Part shown: one piece after another, positions 57,547 through 64,000 of the stretch | How the letters are laid out: every line of letters starts with the position of its first letter | How positions within the stretch are numbered: the stretch's first letter is position 1 | NCBI GenBank assembly: GCA_035692005.1 | Contig: DASSII010000101.1 | Location: forward strand, 35,470 to 99,469 | Length of the DNA stretch: 64,000 bases | Direction of reading: 5' to 3' | Source: Candidatus Limnocylindrales bacterium | GTDB lineage: Bacteria; Chloroflexota; Limnocylindria; Limnocylindrales; CSP1-4 | Notes under the pieces: generated by a model | Told to the model about the DNA's origin: nothing | What the model saw: the letters and a program-made list of their open reading frames with translations, nothing else | The model's database searches: none | Made by a program: the position numbers and the translations under genes

Positions 57547-58437
57547 GTGCCAGCGATCACCGTCCCGCCCGGCGTCGAGGGCCTGGCCGGCATCACCGAG
57601 TTGCCCGATGACGCGTGGCGCGACCGCTGGGATCGCATCGTCCTCCCGTCCGATCAGAAGGACCGACTGCTCAACTACCTGTTGTTCCTGCTCCGCCACC
57701 GTGGGCGGGTCAGCCAGGTCGGCCTGCCGATCCACGGCCTGGTGGTCCTGTCCGGCCCGCCCGGCACGGGCAAGACGACCCTTGCCGGCGGCCTGGCGGA
57801 CCAGGCGGCCCGGGCGCTCGAGGGGGAGCCACTGATCTTCGTGGACATCGATCCCCACGTCTTCCCGAGCCAGCTTCTCGGGGAGAGCCAGCGGGCCGTG
57901 GCCCGCCTGTTCGAGCGGACGCTGCCCGATCTGGCGCGCCGCGGCCATCCGATGGTCGTGCTGCTTGACGAGGTCGAGGCGCTGGCTGTCAGCCGCAGCC
58001 GGGCGTCCCTCGAGACCAACCCCGTCGATGTCCACCGGGCCACGGACGCCGTCCTGTCCGGGATCGACCGCGTCGCACGCACCTGGCCGAACGTGACGTT
58101 CGTCGCCACCACGAACTATGCGTCGGGCGTGGACGCCGCGTTCCTGTCCCGGGCCGATCTCATCGAGCATGTCGGCGTCCCCGGGGCGGCGGCCATCGAG
58201 GCGATCCTCGCCGACACGATGGCCGAGGTCACCGGGACAGAGGTGGCGGATGGCGCGGCGCTCAGCGCGCTGTCGGAGCGGCTCGCGGCGCAGCGCATCG
58301 ATGCCCGCCAGGTTCGCAAGCTCGTCCTGCGCGCGGTCTGCTCGCGCCAGGAGCTCGCGTTGGCGCCGGAGCGACTGACGCTCGACGACGTCGCGGCGGT
58401 GGCGGGCGAGGGGAGCGCGGACCAGGCGGCGACGTGA
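57547..58437 (+). CDS. AAA+ ATPase (single-module, CbbX/MoxR-like)
   Basis: Walker A 'GPPGTGKT', Walker B 'VVLLDEVE' and sensor 'TTNYASGVD'. Confidence 0.7.
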   Translation: MPAITVPPGVEGLAGITELPDDAWRDRWDRIVLPSDQKDRLLNYLLFLLRHRGRVSQVGLPIHGLVVLSGPPGTGKTTLAGGLADQAARALEGEPLIFVDIDPHVFPSQLLGESQRAVARLFERTLPDLARRGHPMVVLLDEVEALAVSRSRASLETNPVDVHRATDAVLSGIDRVARTWPNVTFVATTNYASGVDAAFLSRADLIEHVGVPGAAAIEAILADTMAEVTGTEVADGAALSALSERLAAQRIDARQVRKLVLRAVCSRQELALAPERLTLDDVAAVAGEGSADQAAT

Positions 58438-59816
58438 CGGACTCGTCCAGCCGCGACACCGCCGTCGCCGGACCAGCGATCCCGGCCGACACGGACGCCC
58501 CCAGCGCCGGTCCGCCGATCGGGCCCGGGCCGGCTGCCGACGGCGCGGGCACCAGCCCGCCGACGACTCCCGGCGCTCCGGCCGGAGTGGATGAGGCCGG
58601 CACGAAGATCCCGCGTGAGTCGCTCCAGCTGGCCGCCTCCATGTTCCTGCTGATCGCCGCGACCAATATCCTCACCCCGCTCCTGCCCGATGTCCGCGAT
58701 GACTTCGGCGTCAGCATCACGACGGCCGGCCTCATCGTCGGGTCGTATGGCCTGGCCCGCCTCGCGGTCGACCTGCCGGCCGGCTTCCTCGCCGACACGG
58801 TCGGACCGCGTCGCCTGAGCGTCATCGCGGTCATCGTGCTGATCGGCGCGTCCTTCGTGGGGCTTCTGTCGCCGACCGTCGAGACGCTCATCGCGGCGCG
58901 GATCGGGTCGGGGCTGGCCGTGGGCGTGCTGGCGACCGTGGTGCTCTCGGCGCTCAGCTCGACGGCCTCGCCGGCGAACCGCGGCAAGGTGATGAGCCTG
59001 TTCCATGTCGCCAACAACACCGGTATCGCGCTGTACCCGATGGTCGGCGGCCTCATCGGCCTGGCGGTCGGCTGGCGGGCGACCTTCGCTGTCACCGCGG
59101 TCCTGGCCGTGATCGCCGCGCTGATCCTCCTGCCGCTCCTGCTCCGCCTGGACCTGTCGGGATCGAACGGCGGTGGCAAGGGCGGTGGCGACAGTCGGCG
59201 GGTGCTGCACGGACGTCAGCGGCGCATCGCCATCGCGGTCACCGACTTCGGCGTGGTGGCGAACATGATCCATCGGCACGGCGTCCGGAACACGATCCTG
59301 CCCTTGTATGCGGCCACGGCGCTCGGTCTTGGCGGCGTCTCCATCGCCACGGCCATCGCCCTGATGTCGATCACCGGCCTGCTCGTGGCGACGCCCGGCG
59401 GCATCCTCGGCGATCGACTCGGCCGGCGCCGGGTCATCACCGCCGGACTGGCCGCAGTCGCCGTCGGGGACCTCGTCTTCATCCTCACCGGTGACCTGCT
59501 GTCGTTCCTGCTGGTGTCGGCCGCGATCGGGCTCGGAGATTTCTTCACGAGCTCCCAGACCGCGCTCCTGTCCGAGGTCGTCCCCCCGAGCGAGCGCACC
59601 AAGGTACTCGCGGGGTACCGGTTCTCGGCCGACCTCGGCGCCCTCATCGGTCCCGTGCTGCTGGCCGCCGTGATGGACGCGGCCGGCGCCCCGATGGCCA
59701 TCATCGTGGCCGCCGCGATCCTGCTCAGCGCCTCGCTCGCCGCTCGACTCGGCGTGCCGGCAACGTCCACGCCCGACGGCCGTCCATCGGTCGCCCGCAG
59801 CCAGGAGTCGCCATGA
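58434..59816 (+). CDS. MFS transporter
   Basis: 12 TMS. The GTG at 58434 overlaps the AAA gene's TGA (GTGA). Confidence 0.75.
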   Translation: MTDSSSRDTAVAGPAIPADTDAPSAGPPIGPGPAADGAGTSPPTTPGAPAGVDEAGTKIPRESLQLAASMFLLIAATNILTPLLPDVRDDFGVSITTAGLIVGSYGLARLAVDLPAGFLADTVGPRRLSVIAVIVLIGASFVGLLSPTVETLIAARIGSGLAVGVLATVVLSALSSTASPANRGKVMSLFHVANNTGIALYPMVGGLIGLAVGWRATFAVTAVLAVIAALILLPLLLRLDLSGSNGGGKGGGDSRRVLHGRQRRIAIAVTDFGVVANMIHRHGVRNTILPLYAATALGLGGVSIATAIALMSITGLLVATPGGILGDRLGRRRVITAGLAAVAVGDLVFILTGDLLSFLLVSAAIGLGDFFTSSQTALLSEVVPPSERTKVLAGYRFSADLGALIGPVLLAAVMDAAGAPMAIIVAAAILLSASLAARLGVPATSTPDGRPSVARSQESP

Positions 59817-61147
59817 CCCCCGATGACGTCGTTGCCACGATCGACCCGCAGGAGGTCATCGACCTCGCCCTCGCCCTCGGCAATATCGATAGCCCCACCG
59901 GCAGCGAAGGTGCGGCGGGGATCTTCGTGCGGGACTGGCTGGCCGACAACGGCTTCCGCCCCAGGACGTTCGCCCTCACCGAGGACCGCATCAATGTCGC
60001 GGCCTGGATCGACGGCACGGGCGGTGGCTACAGCCTGATCTACAACTCGCACCTGGACACGACCCTGCGGCCGGACGCCACATGGTCCGCCCGGGATCCC
60101 AACGACCCGCTGTACCACTCGGCCTGGGTCGAAGGCGACGAGATCTTCGGCGACGGCGTGGTCAACGACAAGGGCCCGATGGCCGCGTTCCTGGTGGCCG
60201 GCAAGGCGATCCTCCAGTCCGGGTACCCGCTCAAGGGCGACCTCATCCTGAGTGCCGTCGCCGGGGAGATCTCGCGCGAGCCCATCGAGGAGTGGCAAGG
60301 CCCGGCATACCTGAGCAAGGATCTCGGGGCACGTTTCATGGTCACCCACGGGGCCGTCGCGGACTACGCGCTCGTGGCCGAAGGCACCGGATTCGGCATC
60401 GTCGGGATCGAGCCCGGAAAGGCCCACTTCAAGGTCACGGTCTACACCGACACACCGCGCTACTACACGCCCTATCTGCCCCGACCGACGGGCGTCGCGG
60501 ATGCTCCCAACGCGATCGTCCGCACGGCGGCCGTCATCGAGGCGTTCGAGCGCTGGGCATATGACTACCAACTCGGCAACACCTACGAGAGCGCCAACGG
60601 GACCATCGTCCCGAAGGCGTCCATCAACGCGATCCGATCTGGCTACCCGTTCAACCTGACCAGCGCGCCGCAGCTGTGCTCGTTCTACGTCGACACGCGC
60701 ATCCTGCCCGGCGCGAACCCGCTCGACGTGCGCGACGGCCTGCGCGCCATCCTGCGCGAGGTCGGCGTCGAGGGGTCCGTCGAGCTGTTCCTGTACCGGC
60801 CTGGATTCGAGGCGACGGGGGCAGAGCCGCTGATCGATACCGTTCGGCGCTGCCACGCCCAGGTGTTCGAGACGCCACCGGCCATCGTCGGCGAGCCGGT
60901 CACGAGCATGTGGCGCGACACGAACGCGTTCAACGAGCTCGGCATCCCGGCCATCAGCTACGCGCCGCGCTCGTCGAGTCACGCGGCGCGCAAGTCGTTC
61001 AAGGTCAAGGACCTCACCGACGCGTCCATCGCGTACGCTCGCATCGCCATGGACCTGTGCAACCAGGAGCGTCCGGCCGGGTGGCCGCTCGGCGCTCATC
61101 CGAACCGAGCCATCGCCGCCACCGTCGCCGATCGCCAGCGCGCCTGA
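59813..61147 (+). CDS. M20-family metallohydrolase (ArgE/DapE/carboxypeptidase G2-like)
   Basis: 'YNSHLDTT', 'GDGVVNDKGPMAA' and the 'EGTGF' dimerisation-domain region. The ATG overlaps the MFS TGA (ATGA). Confidence 0.7.
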   Translation: MTPDDVVATIDPQEVIDLALALGNIDSPTGSEGAAGIFVRDWLADNGFRPRTFALTEDRINVAAWIDGTGGGYSLIYNSHLDTTLRPDATWSARDPNDPLYHSAWVEGDEIFGDGVVNDKGPMAAFLVAGKAILQSGYPLKGDLILSAVAGEISREPIEEWQGPAYLSKDLGARFMVTHGAVADYALVAEGTGFGIVGIEPGKAHFKVTVYTDTPRYYTPYLPRPTGVADAPNAIVRTAAVIEAFERWAYDYQLGNTYESANGTIVPKASINAIRSGYPFNLTSAPQLCSFYVDTRILPGANPLDVRDGLRAILREVGVEGSVELFLYRPGFEATGAEPLIDTVRRCHAQVFETPPAIVGEPVTSMWRDTNAFNELGIPAISYAPRSSSHAARKSFKVKDLTDASIAYARIAMDLCNQERPAGWPLGAHPNRAIAATVADRQRA

Positions 61148-61155
61148 GGCGCGCG

Positions 61156-61695
61156 ATGGGACGTGGCGGTCACTACGCGACCCTCGAGCTGCAACCCGGG
61201 GCGGGTCAGCGCGAGATCCGGGCCGCCTATCGTCGGCTCGCGCGGGCGACGCACCCCGACGGCCATCCCGGGGATCCAGCGCTGGAGCGGCGGTTCAAAC
61301 GGATCGCGCGCGCGTACGAGGTGCTGAGCGATCCGCAGCGTCGCCGGGCGTACGACGAGCGTCTGACCCGGGGCAGGTTCGCCTCGCCCGGGAGGGCGGG
61401 TCGGGCGACCTATGCCGTGGATGCCGGTCCCGTCTATCACAGCGACCTCGGCCATCACAGCGACTTCTATCAGGCTGGCGACCCACTCACGGTCGGCGAC
61501 GCGGCGAGGCTCGTCCGACGGGATGCCGGCTGGCTCCGACGGGCCATCCGGGGCGGACGACTGCGGGCGTCGCGCGGGGCCACCGGCTACCTGCTGCGCA
61601 GGCGCGACGTGGAGCGGCTCGATCGCTCGGCACGGCGCCGCGGTCGCGGACTGACCGTCGCTGACCCGAACCATATGGATACAAGTGAGTCATGA
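61156..61695 (+). CDS. J-domain protein fused to an excisionase/MerR-type HTH
   Basis: J-domain 'YATLELQPGAGQREIRAAYRRLARATHPDGHP...YEVLSDPQRRRAYD' (HPD). The C-terminus 'LTVGDAARLVRRDAGWLRRAIRGGRLRASRGATGYLLRRRDVERL' is HTH_17-like. Confidence 0.6.
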   Translation: MGRGGHYATLELQPGAGQREIRAAYRRLARATHPDGHPGDPALERRFKRIARAYEVLSDPQRRRAYDERLTRGRFASPGRAGRATYAVDAGPVYHSDLGHHSDFYQAGDPLTVGDAARLVRRDAGWLRRAIRGGRLRASRGATGYLLRRRDVERLDRSARRRGRGLTVADPNHMDTSES

Positions 61696-61707
61696 TTGGG
61701 TACAATC
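61677..61707. promoter_or_regulatory. AT-rich promoter box with two GG(A/G)TACAA(G/T) repeats upstream of the Fgd-like gene
   Basis: 'GGATACAAGTgagtcatgattGGGTACAATC'. It overlaps the J-domain gene's stop. Confidence 0.35.
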
Positions 61708-61762
61708 TCGTCGACCGGACGAACGCCATCGTCGGATCGATGCACCACACCGGAGGACGACG

Positions 61763-62755
61763 ATGACGACGATCGGCTATGCCGCGATGCTCGAGCAGTT
61801 CCACCCGACCGACCTGCTCGACTGGTGTGCCCAGGCCGAAGCCAGCGGCTTCGAGGCCGGATTCATGGTCAGCGAGCACTTCCATCCGTGGACGCCACAG
61901 CAGGGCCAGAGCGCCTTTGCCTGGGCGTTCATGGGCGCCCTTGGCCAGCGCACCTCGCTGCGCTTCGGGACGGCCGTCACCTGTCCCGGCTTCCGCTACC
62001 ACCCGGCGGTCATCGCCCATGCCGCGGCGACCCTGGGGGCGATGTACCCCGGCCGGTTCTACCTGGGCCTTGGTGCCGGTGAGGCGCTCAACGAGCACGT
62101 CATCGGCGGGGTCTGGCCGGAGGTGCCGATCCGCAGCGCGATGATGTTCGAGGCCATCGAGGTCATCAACAAGCTGTTCACGGGCAACGTCGTCCGCCAC
62201 AAGGGCGAGTACTTCACGCTCGAGCGGGCCAAGCTCTACACCCGGCCCGAACAGCCGGTCCCGATCTACGTCGCGACGGCCGGACCGGTCAACGCCAAGA
62301 AGACCGGCAAGTTCGCCGACGGGATCATCACGGTGGGGGCCGCTGACGAGAAGATGGGCATGATCTGGGGCAAGTTCGAGGAGGGCGCGCGAGAGGCCGG
62401 CAAGGATCCCGCCGGAGCCCCGAAGATGCTCCAGATCCATATCTCCTGGGCGCCCACGGACCAGCAGGCCATCGACAATGCGATGGTCGAATGGCCCAAC
62501 GGCGGGATGGCCTTCTTCCCCAAGCAGGACATCAAGAACCCCGAGGACTTCGAGGGGATCGCCAAGCTCGTCCGGCCCGAGGACTTCAAGAACCGGGTCC
62601 TCATCAGCAGCGACCTCGAGGCGCACACGAGCCACATCCAGCACTACGTCGACATGGGCTACGACGAGATCCACCTCCACAACGTCGGGCGCGATCAGGC
62701 CCAGTTCATCGAGGTCTTCGGGCGCGAGGTCATCCCGAACCTGCGCCTGGGCTGA
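61763..62755 (+). CDS. F420-dependent glucose-6-phosphate dehydrogenase (Fgd) family LLM oxidoreductase
   Basis: Collinear with mycobacterial Fgd1 in 'TIGYAAMLEQFHP...SEHFHPW...RFGTAVTCPGFRYHPAVIAHAAATLGAMYPGRFYLGLGAGEALNE'. A CGGAGGA RBS is present. Confidence 0.8.
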   Translation: MTTIGYAAMLEQFHPTDLLDWCAQAEASGFEAGFMVSEHFHPWTPQQGQSAFAWAFMGALGQRTSLRFGTAVTCPGFRYHPAVIAHAAATLGAMYPGRFYLGLGAGEALNEHVIGGVWPEVPIRSAMMFEAIEVINKLFTGNVVRHKGEYFTLERAKLYTRPEQPVPIYVATAGPVNAKKTGKFADGIITVGAADEKMGMIWGKFEEGAREAGKDPAGAPKMLQIHISWAPTDQQAIDNAMVEWPNGGMAFFPKQDIKNPEDFEGIAKLVRPEDFKNRVLISSDLEAHTSHIQHYVDMGYDEIHLHNVGRDQAQFIEVFGREVIPNLRLG

Positions 62756-62773
62756 CCACGCTCGACGGGCGGC

Positions 62774-63946
62774 TCAGTCGCGCTGACGTGTCCCGGCGGC
62801 GACGGCCGCGCTGATCGCCACGGTGATGCCGGCGGTCGCCAGCACTCCGGGGCTACCGGCCACCGCGGCGACAGCCCCGGCAGCCAGCGGGATGGCGACC
62901 TGCCCCACGCGATTGCCCAGCAGGCGCAGCGACATCGCGGTGCCGCGTGACCCGACCGTGGCCCGCGCCGCCACCCACGACATCGTCATCGGTTGCCCGA
63001 CGCCAAGGGTCCAGCCGGCGACGGCCATCGCCACGAACATCAGCGGCAATGGCAGGACGGCCAGGCTCACCACGGCGACGGCCGCCACCCCGAGGCTGGC
63101 GATCATCAGCCGCTCGCGCCCGAACCAGCCGATGAGCCGACCGAGCAGGAACCGCGACGCCATCGACGCCCCTGCGCGCACGGCCAGGAGCGCCCCGATG
63201 GTCGCCGGCGTGATGCCGCGCTCCTCCCCGAGGGCCGGCAGGTAGACCACCAGGATGTCCATCGCGGACAGCACGGTCAGGCTGGCCAGCATGGCGGGGC
63301 CCATGCCCGGCATGCGCAGGATGGACAGGACGGAAGGACGCGGTCCGTCGTCCGGCCGTGGGGCCACCGCGTGACCCGGGTCGAGCCGTCGCACGCCGAC
63401 CGCCAGCGGCAGCGCCCCGGCCGCCAGGAGGGCCCCGAGGAGCAGCGCATTGCTCGTCCCCTCGGGCGTGCCGTCGGCGGCGACCAGACCGGCCGCGGCC
63501 GGCCCGATCAACTGCCCGAGTGACGCCACGAACGACAGGTGTCCGAAGCGGCCGTCGTAGGAGCCGCTGGCAGTCCGGGTCGCCACGGCCGTTTGATTGG
63601 CCACCACGAACACCAGCTGCGCGAGCCCCAGTACGGCCAGGAGCAGGAGCAGTCCGGCCATCGAGTCGACCATCGAGAGGCCGGCCGACGCGGCGCCCAG
63701 CGCTAGGACGGCGCCGATCAGGAAGCGAGATTCGCCGAATCGGTCGATCAACCGGCCGATCGACAGGGCGAAGACGACCGGGGCGATCGCGAAGGCCGCG
63801 GCCACCAGCCCGAGCGAGCCGGGCGCCACGCCGATGTCGAGCGCCCGGTACGAGGCCATCGGTCGTGCCACCGCCGTGGCGGCCTGGAGCAGGGTCGCCA
63901 TGACCAGCAGGGCGATGAACCAGCGTCGGCCGTCGGGCGATGTCAT
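62774..63946 (-). CDS. MFS transporter
   Basis: 12 TMS, 390 aa. The ATG at 63946 overlaps the TGA of an upstream gene (ATGA). Confidence 0.75.
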   Translation of the reverse strand: MTSPDGRRWFIALLVMATLLQAATAVARPMASYRALDIGVAPGSLGLVAAAFAIAPVVFALSIGRLIDRFGESRFLIGAVLALGAASAGLSMVDSMAGLLLLLAVLGLAQLVFVVANQTAVATRTASGSYDGRFGHLSFVASLGQLIGPAAAGLVAADGTPEGTSNALLLGALLAAGALPLAVGVRRLDPGHAVAPRPDDGPRPSVLSILRMPGMGPAMLASLTVLSAMDILVVYLPALGEERGITPATIGALLAVRAGASMASRFLLGRLIGWFGRERLMIASLGVAAVAVVSLAVLPLPLMFVAMAVAGWTLGVGQPMTMSWVAARATVGSRGTAMSLRLLGNRVGQVAIPLAAGAVAAVAGSPGVLATAGITVAISAAVAAGTRQRD

Positions 63947-64000
63947 GGCTGCAGCTCGACGTCGGGCAGCGTCGCCAGGAGGTCTGCCAGACGATCCAGC
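63944..64000 (-). CDS. 3' end of an unidentified gene running off the window
   Basis: The open frame '...LDRLADLLATLPDVELQP*' ends in a TGA that overlaps the MFS ATG. Confidence 0.3.

Noticed and set aside
1-64000. Searches for tRNA/rRNA genes, CRISPR arrays, IS elements/transposases, integrases and phage genes
   Set aside because: No tRNA acceptor/T-loop signatures, no regularly spaced direct repeats, and no DDE/tyrosine-recombinase motifs were seen. The only repeats are short Pro/Ala- or Ser/Gly-linker-encoding direct repeats inside genes.

Overview
This 64-kb window is about 70% GC and looks like an Actinomycetota-type chromosome: PIM lipid genes, F420/LLM enzymes, a P450 with its ferredoxin, MFS transporters, and GTG starts are common. 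The ORF track is dominated by spurious Arg/Pro-rich antisense ORFs, so genes were called only where the translated motifs are recognisable.

Layout, start to end:
- **1–5342 (+):** a 5'-truncated giant GT-C glycosyltransferase (more than 1780 aa) that fuses a GT87/DUF2029-like domain to a PMT/GT39-like domain.
- **5.2–11.2 kb (−):** a six-gene phosphatidylinositol/PIM operon, pgsA–ino1–acyltransferase–acyltransferase–PHP phosphoesterase–pimA. Every junction has a 1–4 nt start/stop overlap, and the operon is preceded by an ArsR regulator.
- **11.2–16.9 kb:** an ArsR/MFS divergent pair with a tandem palindromic operator, then CorA, a sortase-like protein, a TlpA-like thioredoxin, and a trehalose-phosphatase-family HAD protein.
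- **16.9–31.9 kb (−):** a 13-gene complex I (nuo) operon, unusual in three ways: the order is A-B-C-D-H-I-F-G'-J-K-L-M-N, no separate nuoE is present, and 'nuoG' is replaced by a fusion with a GltD-like flavoprotein domain and no molybdopterin-type domain.
- **32.2–35.3 kb (−):** directly upstream of nuoA, a MidA/NDUFAF7-like methyltransferase, a hypothetical protein, and a PepE peptidase.
- **35.3–64 kb:** folK, then a catabolic island. It contains a three-subunit molybdenum hydroxylase, two bicupins, a cupin, an isochorismatase-family hydrolase, a DUF262 protein, a ferredoxin–P450 pair, an aldehyde dehydrogenase, a GntR regulator, and an ABC transporter with two permeases, an ATPase and a lipoprotein SBP. 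It also has an alpha/beta hydrolase, a cyclic amidohydrolase, two LLM/F420-type oxidoreductases, an AAA+ ATPase, an M20 peptidase, a J-domain–HTH fusion and four MFS transporters.

The island promoters are marked by recurring AT-rich boxes with 8-bp inverted repeats. No rRNA, tRNA, CRISPR array or transposase was recognised. Some coordinates may be off by ±1 nt where my base count of the displayed sequence lines disagreed by one with the ORF-track frame; the coordinates given follow the track.
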